Source: a virus
Taxonomy: Duplodnaviria > Caudoviricetes
Strand: one strand, 5' to 3'
Virus record (IMG/VR): IMGVR_UViG_3300034945_000013
Coordinates: 1 to 51,509 of that record
DNA length: 51,509 nucleotides
Positions 37,144-46,911 of this stretch are shown one piece after another. Each line of letters begins with the position of its first letter. Positions within the stretch are counted from its first letter, which is position 1. The translations under genes were made by a program, and so were the position numbers. Below the pieces are notes generated by a model that made no database searches, had not been told where the DNA came from, and worked only from the letters and a program-made list of their open reading frames with translations.

Positions 37144-38910
37144 GTGGCCGACATTACAATAGATAGCGATGGTAAGCAGTTCTTGATTCGTGTGCCCATG
37201 TGGCAAAACGACAAGATCAGGGCGCTACCCAACCGTCGCTGGTCCAAGTCACAGCGTGCGTGGTCGGCACCCATAATTAGAGCGAACGTTGAAGCGGTCG
37301 AACGTCTGTTAAAGGATGGTGCCGAGTCGACACCATCGGGGCGGGCTGCGCTTGATGTGTACCGTACCAACAAGAGTGAAATGGTAACCAGGTCGGGCGG
37401 GTTTCCAAGTTGGTATCCCTGGAAGCGTGAGCCGCGCAAGCACCAGATGGCAGCACTTAATAAGGCGTATGGGAAGAAGGCGTTTGCATTCTTCATGGAC
37501 ATGCAAACCGGGAAGTCGAAGACGGCAATTGACAACGTCGCAGCGTTGCGGATTGAAGGCAAGCTGCGGGCTGTTCTTATCATTACCAAAAAAACATTGC
37601 GCCTGAACTGGGCCAATGCACTTAATGATGATTGCCCGATACCGTACTCTGTGTGTCTACCCGATACCGGCAAGCCAAAGGACTTCGAGCGCTGGCTGAC
37701 CACACCACATGACTTCAAGATAATGGTCGTCGGGTGGGAGTCGCTGTCGGCGGGCGGTATGGCGGCGATGTGTGAAAAGTTCCTGTTGCACCACCACCCA
37801 ACCGCCATTATCGGTGATGAGACGAGCTTCATTGCCACTCACACCGCGACAAGGGCCAAGGTTACGGAGAAATTTGGCCGTATGAGTGAGTACCGGTTTG
37901 CGTTGACTGGGACACCGGCTGCTGAGGGGCCATTAAATTTGTACCAGCAGTTCGAATTTCTCGACCCCGACGTCATTGGGCTTGGCGACTTTTATGCTTT
38001 CCGTAACAGGTACGCCGTCATGGGCGGTTTTACACCGAAGGACGGTCCAATGCGTGGTAAGCCCACACAGATCGTGGGATATCAGGATTTGGACGAGTTG
38101 ATGGAGTTGATTGGCCCACACACTTTCCAAGTACTGAAAACAGAGGCGTACGACCTGCCACCCAAACGCTACCAAATTCGAGAGGTTGAGATATCCAAGG
38201 AGCAGCGGGCAATTTACAACACTGTTAAAAAAGACCAAATCTTAAAGCACGGTGATGAGGTCACGGTGGTTCAGAACACCTTAGAATTACTTCTGCGTCT
38301 GCATCAGGTTGCTGGTGGGTACACGGTCAAACCGCGTCAAGTCCACACACACGACTCAAAGGGCAATCCCAAGGTAAAAACAGTGTATGACTCGGTGGAA
38401 ATTATCATGCCTGATAAAAATCCTAAGATTATCGAGCTTGAGGCCATTGTGGAGGAAGCGCGGCACAAACAAATTTTGGTCTGGGCGGTATATTCTCCCG
38501 AAGTAATGGCGATTATCAGCCGGTTAAAACGCATGGGGTTGCGGATTGGTGAGTTGCATGGCGGTATCCCGGAAGCCGATAGACAGCCCATGGTTGATGA
38601 ATTCAAACGTGGCGGCATCGATGTCGTGGTCGGGAATGCGTCGACTGGCGGTATGGGTTACAGCATGCACACGGCAGAATTGGCGGTATTTTACTCCAAC
38701 ACACACCGAGTGCGTGATCGGCTGCAGGCTGAGGACAGGCTGTATGGTGACGGACAGACAAAGTCTCCGATGATCATCGACCTGACGGCCAGTAAAACTG
38801 TTGATGTGACCATCATGAAGGCATTGACTAACAAAACAGACCTGCATAATTATATCAGGAAAAATATCAAGCGAGTGACCGCGTTGATGGACGGAGACGA
38901 CCCGTTCTAA
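37144..38910 (+). CDS. SNF2-like SF2 helicase
   Basis: MQTGKS, IGDE, LTGTP and QAEDR motifs. Confidence 0.9.
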   Translation: MADITIDSDGKQFLIRVPMWQNDKIRALPNRRWSKSQRAWSAPIIRANVEAVERLLKDGAESTPSGRAALDVYRTNKSEMVTRSGGFPSWYPWKREPRKHQMAALNKAYGKKAFAFFMDMQTGKSKTAIDNVAALRIEGKLRAVLIITKKTLRLNWANALNDDCPIPYSVCLPDTGKPKDFERWLTTPHDFKIMVVGWESLSAGGMAAMCEKFLLHHHPTAIIGDETSFIATHTATRAKVTEKFGRMSEYRFALTGTPAAEGPLNLYQQFEFLDPDVIGLGDFYAFRNRYAVMGGFTPKDGPMRGKPTQIVGYQDLDELMELIGPHTFQVLKTEAYDLPPKRYQIREVEISKEQRAIYNTVKKDQILKHGDEVTVVQNTLELLLRLHQVAGGYTVKPRQVHTHDSKGNPKVKTVYDSVEIIMPDKNPKIIELEAIVEEARHKQILVWAVYSPEVMAIISRLKRMGLRIGELHGGIPEADRQPMVDEFKRGGIDVVVGNASTGGMGYSMHTAELAVFYSNTHRVRDRLQAEDRLYGDGQTKSPMIIDLTASKTVDVTIMKALTNKTDLHNYIRKNIKRVTALMDGDDPF

Positions 38911-38919
38911 CGAAGTCGG

Positions 38920-38948
38920 TTGACACCCGGCACGCGGTGTGGTATAAT
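38920..38948 (+). promoter_or_regulatory. Sigma70-type promoter
   Basis: TTGACA-17 nt ending TGTGG-TATAAT. Confidence 0.8.
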
Positions 38949-38990
38949 CGTGGTTGATATGATAGATTCAAAACAACGAGGCAAGTAAAT

Positions 38991-39332
38991 ATGAACAGTA
39001 AACCCACCGTGTTCGTCTCGCAGGAGACTCAACACGATTTTGCCAAAGCCGAGGAATACGGTGAAATTACTTTCCTCACGCATGATGACCTCAATAATGT
39101 GAAAGGGTCACTACACAATGAGGCTCTGATTCGCGACATCCGGCACAAGCTCCGTGGCTTCGATCCGGTTCGTGATTGGTTGGTCATCGCGGGGTCACCT
39201 TATGTGGCCGCTGTGGTCTTCATGATATTGGGCGCACGCGGTTTCCGCAGCTTGCGGTTGTTGCGGTGGGACAACCGAAGCTTTACATACGTCCCGATGA
39301 TGATAGACATGGGAGGAAAAAGCGATGACTGA
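38991..39332 (+). CDS. Hypothetical replication-module protein
   Basis: ORF directly after the promoter. Confidence 0.8.
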   Translation: MNSKPTVFVSQETQHDFAKAEEYGEITFLTHDDLNNVKGSLHNEALIRDIRHKLRGFDPVRDWLVIAGSPYVAAVVFMILGARGFRSLRLLRWDNRSFTYVPMMIDMGGKSDD

Positions 39333-39786
39333 AGATACCGAAATTTTAAGCGCATTTGAGCAGGCCAAGACCGACGCCAGAGCCGAGTATGCGGAATTCT
39401 CGCTCCATGCGATGGTCGAGCACATGAAGCTCATGCAGATGGAAAAGGAAGAAGTGGAGGCCGCGCTCAGTCTCATCAACGCCAAACTCGACACACTGCG
39501 CTTGGAGATGATTCCGGCCAAAATGGAAGAGGATGGCGTGGAACGTATTACTTATGAAGGCATAGGTCGTGTTTCTCTGACGGGCGACATGTACACACAA
39601 GTGGTGGACAAGCCGGGCCTGTATGATTGGCTCGAAGGCAACGGTTTTGGTGATTTGATCCAACTCACAATCAATGCCAGCACGCTCAAGGCATTTGTAA
39701 AGGGGCGGGTTAAAGCCGGTAAGGAAATTCCGACTGATTTCATTAAGATCGCGCCTTTCACAAGAGCGTCGATAACTAAAGGTTGA
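39325..39786 (+). CDS. Coiled-coil replication-module protein
   Basis: RBS GGAGG; TLKAFVK motif. Confidence 0.75.
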   Translation: MTEDTEILSAFEQAKTDARAEYAEFSLHAMVEHMKLMQMEKEEVEAALSLINAKLDTLRLEMIPAKMEEDGVERITYEGIGRVSLTGDMYTQVVDKPGLYDWLEGNGFGDLIQLTINASTLKAFVKGRVKAGKEIPTDFIKIAPFTRASITKG

Positions 39787-39859
39787 GGGTGCTCGGGGGG
39801 CGGCACCAGTACAAGGTCCCCGATTGTTAATTTTAAACTTTAATTAGGAGCAACAAATC

Positions 39860-40693
39860 ATGGCAAAGCCAAATACCCCCGCAGTGACCAAGCAAGATAC
39901 CAAAATGACGGCAGCAACGGATAATGGTCTGATGTTGTTTGATCAGCAGGAGACACCGGACTACATCAAGAACGAGCAGCGCGGGTCTGAGAATGTCGGT
40001 GTTGAAGACATCATCATCCCGAGGCTCGAAATCATTCAGGCTTTGTCGCCGCAAGTTAAGCGCGGTGACGCGAAGTACATCGATGCGGCCAAGCCCGGCA
40101 TGCTGGTAAACAGTGTCAGTCAGGAACTCTATGGTGAGTCGGTTGTGGTGATTCCCATCGTATATCAGAAGCAGTGGCTTGTTTGGGGTCGTCGTAAGTA
40201 CATCGACGAGTCTGGGCGTGAACAGAAGTCCGAAGGCGGTTTCTTCGGTGCTTTCAATTCGCCGGAGGAAGCCAAGGACCGCGTGGAGTCGGAGGTTAAG
40301 GACAATGGGACCAACCCACGTAGCCTCGAAGTGCTCGACACGCCTTCTCATCTTTGCCTGTTGCTGAACTTCGGCACCGGTAAAACGGAAGAGGTTATGG
40401 TAAGCATGCCACGTACCAAGGCCAAAGTTAGTCGTCAGTGGAACAGTCTTGTGCGTATGGCTGGTGGCGACCGTTTCTCCCGTGCTTATAAGGTCAGCGC
40501 GGTGATGGAAAAAAACAAGCAGGGGGATGATTACATCAATTTCAATGTCACTCAGCTTGGTTTTCCGTCCAAAGCCGTATATGAGAAGGCCGAGGGGCTT
40601 TATAAGCAGATGCAGGCCGGTCGCGCGGTTACGATGGACGTGAGTGAGTACAACACCGTCGAATCCGAGGCCGGCGCAGACTCCGAAATGTAG
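39860..40693 (+). CDS. Putative ssDNA-binding protein
   Basis: GSENV..EDIIIPRL.IIQALSPQ motif; acidic tail; position before the polymerase. Confidence 0.6.
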   Translation: MAKPNTPAVTKQDTKMTAATDNGLMLFDQQETPDYIKNEQRGSENVGVEDIIIPRLEIIQALSPQVKRGDAKYIDAAKPGMLVNSVSQELYGESVVVIPIVYQKQWLVWGRRKYIDESGREQKSEGGFFGAFNSPEEAKDRVESEVKDNGTNPRSLEVLDTPSHLCLLLNFGTGKTEEVMVSMPRTKAKVSRQWNSLVRMAGGDRFSRAYKVSAVMEKNKQGDDYINFNVTQLGFPSKAVYEKAEGLYKQMQAGRAVTMDVSEYNTVESEAGADSEM

Positions 40694-40785
40694 GAAAGGG
40701 CATTTCCGGAGCCAAGGACGGCGTTTTCCTTGCGTTCCGGAGTTTTGCAAGCTACATCAGTAGCGGCTAAATGGTGTGTATAAAA

Positions 40786-41790
40786 ATGAGAGTTCTCGAT
40801 TTGTTTAGTGGCATAGGTGGCTTCAGTCTCGGACTCGAAAAAGTTGGGATGATGACGGTTGCATTCTGTGAGATTGATAAAGACGCCCAGAGGGTACTCA
40901 GAAAGCATTGGCCGAGCGTGCCAATTTTTGATGATGTCAAAGATAACGGGCTGAAGAATTTGAAACGCGTTGATGTCATTTGTGGTGGTTTCCCGTGTCA
41001 AGACATCAGCGAAGCGAATACGAATGGTAAGGCACTTGAGGGAGCACGCTCCGGATTGTGGTTTGAATATCTTAAATTAATTAAGGAGTTGAGGCCTAAA
41101 TATGCTATCATTGAAAATGTCCAAATGCTTAGGACACGTGGACTCGATACAATTCTCAAAAATCTCGATGCGATCGGGTACGATGCGGAATGGCATTGTA
41201 TACAAGCTTCCAGCGTTGGCGCCCCGCATCGAAGAGATAGATTATGGATTGTTGCCTACCCCCACGGCGTTCGACGGAACCCGATTCTTAGTGGAGACGT
41301 TATTTCATGCAAGGAGAAGATTGTTAAAGAAGGCGCAAAAAATCGAACATGGAATTCGCTTGAATGGTATCAGCGTGATTCACCATCTGCTTGTATATCA
41401 CAATATGAACAGAGGTTCGGTGAATCCTCACTTATTCGAATGGATGATGGGGTATCCAAGAGACTGGACGTTGGTCGACGATTGAAGCAATGTGGCAATT
41501 CGATCGTGCCCGAAATAGCTGAGTTAATAGGAGAAGCAATCATGATAGTTGAGCAGGAGAGAATCAAATCAAGTAGTATAAAAGCTCGTGTTGTTAGGTG
41601 GTTCAATAAAATCAAATTATTGTTTGAAAAAGATATTGTAACCGAAGCCAAAACACCGGCAGTTGTTAATTCAACAACGAGCAATAATCGCTGGAAATGT
41701 GACAGCTGTGGTAAAATATCGGCTAGTTACGGGATAACCAATCACCAAAAACACACAGGTCATGTCGGTCGCACACGATTGAGCGAGTAA
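40786..41790 (+). CDS. DNA cytosine-C5 methyltransferase, main chain
   Basis: FSGIGG (I), GGFPCQ (IV), ENV (VI), HRRDR (VIII) and GNSIVP (X) motifs. Confidence 0.92.
   Translation: MRVLDLFSGIGGFSLGLEKVGMMTVAFCEIDKDAQRVLRKHWPSVPIFDDVKDNGLKNLKRVDVICGGFPCQDISEANTNGKALEGARSGLWFEYLKLIKELRPKYAIIENVQMLRTRGLDTILKNLDAIGYDAEWHCIQASSVGAPHRRDRLWIVAYPHGVRRNPILSGDVISCKEKIVKEGAKNRTWNSLEWYQRDSPSACISQYEQRFGESSLIRMDDGVSKRLDVGRRLKQCGNSIVPEIAELIGEAIMIVEQERIKSSSIKARVVRWFNKIKLLFEKDIVTEAKTPAVVNSTTSNNRWKCDSCGKISASYGITNHQKHTGHVGRTRLSE
41102..41485 (+). CDS. Alternative-frame beta chain of the C5 methyltransferase
   Basis: LLPTPTA and NPHLFEWMMGYPRDWT (motif IX-like), nested in a different frame. Confidence 0.65.
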   Translation: MLSLKMSKCLGHVDSIQFSKISMRSGTMRNGIVYKLPALAPRIEEIDYGLLPTPTAFDGTRFLVETLFHARRRLLKKAQKIEHGIRLNGISVIHHLLVYHNMNRGSVNPHLFEWMMGYPRDWTLVDD

Positions 41791-43632
41791 ATGGTCATGA
41801 GCCTCAATATCGAACGTCTCGACGAGTACCCGGTGGTCAGTATCGACATTGAAAGCACGGGCTTGCATTGGCACACGGACAAGTTGTTCGGGGTCGCCAT
41901 CGCCGCATATGACGGCGAGCGCATTTATTCCGACTATTTTGACATCCGCACCAATGATAAGATTCTTCCGCTGCTTAGAGATAAGGTTCCCCAGATCAAG
42001 TTGTTGGTCAACCACAACGCCAAATTCGATGCCCACTTTCTGTTGAATGAAAGGGTGTTGATCCCAACGGATCGGATCGAGTGTACGATGGTACGGGCCG
42101 CGCTGATAAATGAATGGGAAACGTCGTTCTCGCTCGATGTCTTGGCCGGTAAGTATTTGAACGCGCGGAAGGTTGATATTTATCCGGAACTGGCGCGGTT
42201 GTTTGGTGGAGCACCGACACGGGCAGTGCAGATTAAGAATTTGCACCGTGCACCCGAGGCGTTGGCGCGGAAGTATGCCATCGAAGACCCGGTGTTGGCC
42301 ATCAAGCTGTGGTTGTGGCAGGAGGATGAGATAAAACGTCAGGGGTTGGAACAGGTGTGGCAGTTGGAGAAAGATGTACTGCCGGTTCTGTTGCGGATGG
42401 AGCGACAGGGCGTGCGTGTGGACGAGGACCGGGCGCACGAGTCACTGGGTGTATTGGATGTAAAGATAACCGAGGCCACCAATAGGCTGCATAAGGTTGC
42501 CGGACACGAGGTCAACGTCAATTCATCCAAACAGATGCGTTCCATGTTTGGTGTCGAAAAGAGGGATGACGGCGATTGGTATTGTGGCGCTTTCAAGTGT
42601 GAAACGACGGGCGGAGGGGAGGCATCAATTGACGCCGATGCCCTAAGGATATTAGACGGATTGGGTAACGATAAGGCCAAGGCGGTGCTGAACCTGCGAA
42701 AAATGATAAAGACCAAATCCTTTTTAAAGGATCACGTGATTGGCCATTCAATTGACGGCTTCGTGTACCCAAATTATAATCAGGCTCGCAGTGAAAACGG
42801 ATTGGGCACCGGCACCGGCAGGTTTTCCATCAACGATCCGGCGCTGCAGCAGATTCCGGCCAGAGACGTTGAAGTTGCGGAGATTGTCAGGTCATGCTTC
42901 ATTCCGGAGTATGGTAATGAATGGTGTTGTTTCGACTTTAAGCAATTTGAACAGCGGTGGTTTGGGCACTACGCCAACGATGAAAATGTTTACCAGATGT
43001 ACAGGGATGACCCAAATGTCGATTTCTACCAGATCATGGCCAACCTGACCGGACTGCCGAGGAATCCAGGCCACGCGGGGCAGGCGAATGCAAAACAGAT
43101 GACGCTTGCGGCGATCTTCGGAATGGGTGCGGGGAAACTGGCGAAAGAGATGGGCATGCCTTATATCGCCCAGAAGCGTGATGGTCACACGTATTATAAG
43201 GCAGGGAGAGAAGCGTACGCTGTGCTGGATAAATTCCACGGCGCGGTCCCCGGCATCCGTCACCACTTGGAAAGAGCCGAGTCAATCGCCAAATCGCGAG
43301 GCTACGTAAAAACGGTCATGGGCAGGCACCTCAGGTTCCCAAACGGAATGGGTGCACACAAAGCCGGGGGTCTGGTGTTGCAGGGGTCGGCTGCTGATTC
43401 ATTGAAGTTAAAAATGGTGCGGATAGCTAAATTGATAGGGGGTACCGACATCAAAATGTTGCTGTCAGTCCACGACGAGATTGATATGGACGTGCCACCA
43501 CATGAGAAGCATCTGATACCCGGCATCATCAAGGAGTATACGGCTTTTGATGGTGTTGAGGGGCCACTGTGTCGGACACCGATTATTTGCAACGCCGATT
43601 TTGGTGCAAACTGGTATGAGGCTTCAAAATGA
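41791..43632 (+). CDS. dpoZ: Family A DNA polymerase, DpoZ-like
   Basis: Exonuclease DIESTG/HNAKFD; motif A DFKQFEQR; motif B KQMTLAAIFG; motif C VHDE; close to purZ. Confidence 0.8.
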   Translation: MVMSLNIERLDEYPVVSIDIESTGLHWHTDKLFGVAIAAYDGERIYSDYFDIRTNDKILPLLRDKVPQIKLLVNHNAKFDAHFLLNERVLIPTDRIECTMVRAALINEWETSFSLDVLAGKYLNARKVDIYPELARLFGGAPTRAVQIKNLHRAPEALARKYAIEDPVLAIKLWLWQEDEIKRQGLEQVWQLEKDVLPVLLRMERQGVRVDEDRAHESLGVLDVKITEATNRLHKVAGHEVNVNSSKQMRSMFGVEKRDDGDWYCGAFKCETTGGGEASIDADALRILDGLGNDKAKAVLNLRKMIKTKSFLKDHVIGHSIDGFVYPNYNQARSENGLGTGTGRFSINDPALQQIPARDVEVAEIVRSCFIPEYGNEWCCFDFKQFEQRWFGHYANDENVYQMYRDDPNVDFYQIMANLTGLPRNPGHAGQANAKQMTLAAIFGMGAGKLAKEMGMPYIAQKRDGHTYYKAGREAYAVLDKFHGAVPGIRHHLERAESIAKSRGYVKTVMGRHLRFPNGMGAHKAGGLVLQGSAADSLKLKMVRIAKLIGGTDIKMLLSVHDEIDMDVPPHEKHLIPGIIKEYTAFDGVEGPLCRTPIICNADFGANWYEASK

Positions 43633-43814
43633 CCGAAGTGGCTAAACTGGATGATTTAGCAAATGAGCTTGTACGGGCGGCACGTGCTTTTGTGCGTGCC
43701 AAACGCAATAGGCATTACGCGCGTAAGCTCGGTGGTGGGAGAGAGGTGCTCGCTGGGTTGATGCGGGCGGTTGATGAGTATGAAACTGAAAAGGGGAAGC
43801 ATAATGGCTTATGA
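43629..43814 (+). CDS. Hypothetical protein
   Basis: ATGA-coupled to the polymerase. Confidence 0.6.
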   Translation: MTEVAKLDDLANELVRAARAFVRAKRNRHYARKLGGGREVLAGLMRAVDEYETEKGKHNGL

Positions 43815-44076
43815 CAACAACATGCGTGGTACTTTGGGCAAGAACAAGCGCAAGGAAAAAGACTCGCACCCCGACTACAGCGGCTCAGCCGAGATTGACG
43901 GAGTACAGTATTGGGTGTCGGGTTGGGTTAAGGCAAATGGCCAAACGGGAGAAAAATTTTTCTCACTGGCGTTTAAAGAGAAGGAGGACAACCTCGACCG
44001 CAGTGCCAAGGCCAAGGTTGATGCAAGTAGGCCGACACCGGATTTTGACGACCCGGATAACGACGTACCTTTCTGA
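43804..44076 (+). CDS. Small ssDNA-binding-like protein with acidic DVPF tail
   Basis: HPDYSG...YWVSGW and DDPDNDVPF. Confidence 0.75.
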   Translation: MAYDNNMRGTLGKNKRKEKDSHPDYSGSAEIDGVQYWVSGWVKANGQTGEKFFSLAFKEKEDNLDRSAKAKVDASRPTPDFDDPDNDVPF

Positions 44077-44086
44077 GGTAATGGTG

Positions 44087-44115
44087 TTGACGGACAGCGT
44101 CGGTCGTGGTACAAT
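44087..44115 (+). promoter_or_regulatory. Promoter of the purZ operon
   Basis: TTGACG-17-TACAAT. Confidence 0.7.
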
Positions 44116-44156
44116 GGCAGTTATAGAGCACATACGAATTTTTAAAGGAGTGGGAA

Positions 44157-45209
44157 ATGAAAGAGTTAGATATTGTAGTTGACTTACAATTTGGTAGCAC
44201 AGGCAAGGGGCTGCTCGCAGGCTTCCTTGCGGAAAAGAATCAATACGACACGATTGTGACGGCGTGGTCGCCGAATGCGGGACACACTTACATCAATGCC
44301 GATGGCGTTAAATTTGTGAATACGGCCATTCCTAACGGCATCGTATCGAACGGACTCAAACATGTTTTGATCGGCCCTGGTTCCATCATCAATCCGGACA
44401 CATTTCTGGCCGAGACGGAGGCGTATTCACTCTACCTTGATGGTATAGACGTGCTGATTCATGAAAACGCTGCTGTGGTCACACAAGCGCACCGTGACGA
44501 GGAAGCGGCTAGTATGTTTGCCATCGGCTCCACCATGAAGGGTTGTGGGGCCGCAATTGTTGACAAGATTCGTCGTAACCCCAAGCACAGCACCATTGCC
44601 CGTGATGCATTGATCGGGACACCACTTGAAGGGTTTGTGGTTACGGCACAGGAGTACAACCGGGTGCTTGATAGGGCTGACCGCGTGCTGCTTGAGGGCG
44701 CGCAAGGATTCTCACTCTCAATCAATCAGGGCTTTTACCCCTTCACTACCAGCCGAGATTGCACCACACACCAATTGTTGTCCGACTGTGCAATCCCACG
44801 TACTTGGCACCAGAACATGACCGTCTATGGGTGTGCCCGTACCTACCCCATTCGCGTGGCCAATCGTTTTGATACCGATGGCCGCATGGTTGGCACCAGT
44901 GGTCCGTGCTACGACGATCAGGAGGAGATTAAGTGGAGTAGGTTGGGGATGGAACCTGAGTTAACCACTGTGACGCAGTTGCCGCGTCGCATCTTTACCT
45001 TTTCACGGCAGCAGATTCGTGAAGCAATCCGGATGGATGGGGTTGACGAGGTCTTTCTCAATTTTGCTAACTACGTTCCGCTTGATAAAACTCCGGGTCA
45101 CATGGAGTTGGGTGATATGATCAGCACGATTGAAGATGCCGGTGCCGCAGTATCTTATCTGGGATTTGGGCCAAGCGTGCTTGATATTGTTGACAGAGGG
45201 GAAGAGTGA
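44157..45209 (+). CDS. purZ: PurZ, 2-amino-deoxyadenylosuccinate synthetase
   Basis: PurA fold with QFGSTGKG (Ser where PurA has Asp), NAGHT, EGAQG, ELTTVT and FLNFANY. Confidence 0.93.
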   Translation: MKELDIVVDLQFGSTGKGLLAGFLAEKNQYDTIVTAWSPNAGHTYINADGVKFVNTAIPNGIVSNGLKHVLIGPGSIINPDTFLAETEAYSLYLDGIDVLIHENAAVVTQAHRDEEAASMFAIGSTMKGCGAAIVDKIRRNPKHSTIARDALIGTPLEGFVVTAQEYNRVLDRADRVLLEGAQGFSLSINQGFYPFTTSRDCTTHQLLSDCAIPRTWHQNMTVYGCARTYPIRVANRFDTDGRMVGTSGPCYDDQEEIKWSRLGMEPELTTVTQLPRRIFTFSRQQIREAIRMDGVDEVFLNFANYVPLDKTPGHMELGDMISTIEDAGAAVSYLGFGPSVLDIVDRGEE

Positions 45210-45526
45210 TGGACACGCGCGCGATTATAATGGAGCAGGCGGTTGCTTTTAAAATTAAGCATCGCATCGATGAAGTACGGAAGGTGATTTCCGAGGAACG
45301 AGCGTTCCAGGATTCTAAATGGGGGTCAGTTGATCTGGCTGGGCACTCACTTGCCGAATGGGTTCTCATTGCCGAGGCCGAGTTGGCCGAGGCCAAACTG
45401 GCTGTGATCAAGGGCGGCAGCGGGCGAAACTCGGTCAGGAGCGAAATCGTCCAAACCATTGCTGTGCTGCATGCCTGTTTGGAACAGCACGGTGTTGAAG
45501 ACGATCATGATGGGCGAGCATTATGA
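45206..45526 (+). CDS. MazG-like nucleotide pyrophosphohydrolase (MazZ-like)
   Basis: ER..QD.KWG, E.ELAEA and EIVQ motifs; lies between purZ and the HD hydrolase. Confidence 0.7.
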   Translation: MMDTRAIIMEQAVAFKIKHRIDEVRKVISEERAFQDSKWGSVDLAGHSLAEWVLIAEAELAEAKLAVIKGGSGRNSVRSEIVQTIAVLHACLEQHGVEDDHDGRAL

Positions 45527-46080
45527 GAGTCGAACCGTTGTCTTTTTACGAGTTAATGCGCACGAGCCACATATCTCGTTGGCATGTGGTCAATACCTCA
45601 AAAGGGCAAAACCTTGCTGAGCACCAGTATAATGTGGCCGTGATTGGTATGGAGTTGTACAGGGCATATACCGGTGAAGAGATAACCGCACGGTTTATTG
45701 CCGCATTGTTGTTTCATGATTCTGCAGAGATTCGATACGGCGACGTACCAACCCCCGGCAAGGCGTTTATGCGACAGTTTACCAACCAGCCTGATTTATT
45801 TGAAAAGATGGATACGGCTATCATGCCATCCATTCCGTTTTTTAAAGACGAGGTTAGTTGGGGACTGGGGCCAATAATTAAACTAGCCGATCTGATTGAG
45901 GCAGCATGGTGGATCAGTGAGAATGGCGTTGGTGCGCATGCGCGGTTTGTTGCAGACAAGTGCCGGCAACAGATGCGCGAATTCATCCACGATAACAACT
46001 ACCATGAAATTGCTAATCCAGTGTTGATCGACCTCGGTATGATGCCGGTCAGCCGGTCCGAACGTACCACCCCGCCGTGA
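45523..46080 (+). CDS. datZ: HD-domain dATP triphosphohydrolase (DatZ)
   Basis: RW...LAEH, HDSAE..YGDVPTP and KLADLIE motifs; in the purZ operon. Confidence 0.82.
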   Translation: MRVEPLSFYELMRTSHISRWHVVNTSKGQNLAEHQYNVAVIGMELYRAYTGEEITARFIAALLFHDSAEIRYGDVPTPGKAFMRQFTNQPDLFEKMDTAIMPSIPFFKDEVSWGLGPIIKLADLIEAAWWISENGVGAHARFVADKCRQQMREFIHDNNYHEIANPVLIDLGMMPVSRSERTTPP

Positions 46081-46493
46081 TGAAAGAGTTAGAATACAAA
46101 CACAGAATCATAGGTGTTATGGGGGCGCTGGGTTTCGATGTGCAGGCTCACGAGGACAAGCTTTATAATTTCATCCCGGATTTGTCGTTTGCTTTCGGTG
46201 GGCGTGATGGCTGGATCGAGGTGAAGTACGCCCAGCGACCACCAAAAACGTTGGGGTCCATTTCACATTATACATACGGCCAGCAACAATGGCTTATAGA
46301 TCGTGGGGCGAACGGCTCCGGAAGTTGTTTTTTGTTAGTGGGCACACCCGATCACAATTTTTTGTGGAGGTGGGATGCGTTGGCCACGGCCAGGGTGATG
46401 CTATGGGACGACGCTGTAACCCGTTGTGTAGTGGAGCCCGAGAAATCGATACACTCGATATGTAATTTTTTGGTATGTGACATAAGTACTTGA
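46077..46493 (+). CDS. PD-(D/E)xK nuclease (VRR-NUC/resolvase-like)
   Basis: IPDL...WIEVK...Q..W. Confidence 0.8.
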   Translation: MMKELEYKHRIIGVMGALGFDVQAHEDKLYNFIPDLSFAFGGRDGWIEVKYAQRPPKTLGSISHYTYGQQQWLIDRGANGSGSCFLLVGTPDHNFLWRWDALATARVMLWDDAVTRCVVEPEKSIHSICNFLVCDIST

Positions 46494-46555
46494 CAGGGGA
46501 TCCGCTTCTGTGGTACAATGCAGTTGTGGTACTTTTAGACGATAGATAAAGGAGA
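46490..46555 (+). promoter_or_regulatory. Promoter plus conserved leader, module 4
   Basis: TTGACA-18-TACAAT then GCAGTTGTGG...AGACGATAGATAAAGGAGA. Confidence 0.8.
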
Positions 46556-46560
46556 ATGAA

Positions 46561-46911
46561 ATGAACATGATTTTTGTTTCAGGGAAAGAAGTTTGGGATG
46601 CCTTGGTGGCAGAAAAAGAAGCGACTGTGCCACACAGCACCATTCCTGGCAGGGAGAGTTGTTTTCAGAGCGAGCCTCTGTGTCATCTTCAAGTCAAACA
46701 ACACCAAGCTGGGTTTATCGGTGTTGAGCTTGTCGAAAGCATTCATGGTTGGTCGGTCAGGTACGACACTGGATTGCGCGGCTTTGGCCTGATTGCATCC
46801 TCGCGGTATGGGGAGGTCGATGGCACCCTAGCGGCTGCTGAACGGTTCGCAGCGGGATGGGTCGCCCAAGACCCCGACCATCGTTACGCTTGGACAAGGG
46901 AACTGAAATGA
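46561..46911 (+). CDS. Hypothetical protein
   Basis: Follows the leader RBS. Confidence 0.75.
   Translation: MNMIFVSGKEVWDALVAEKEATVPHSTIPGRESCFQSEPLCHLQVKQHQAGFIGVELVESIHGWSVRYDTGLRGFGLIASSRYGEVDGTLAAAERFAAGWVAQDPDHRYAWTRELK

Noticed and set aside
44157-45209. Ordinary purA auxiliary metabolic gene
   Set aside because: GSTGKG replaces GDEGKG, the NFANY motif is present, and the MazG/HD neighbours indicate PurZ.
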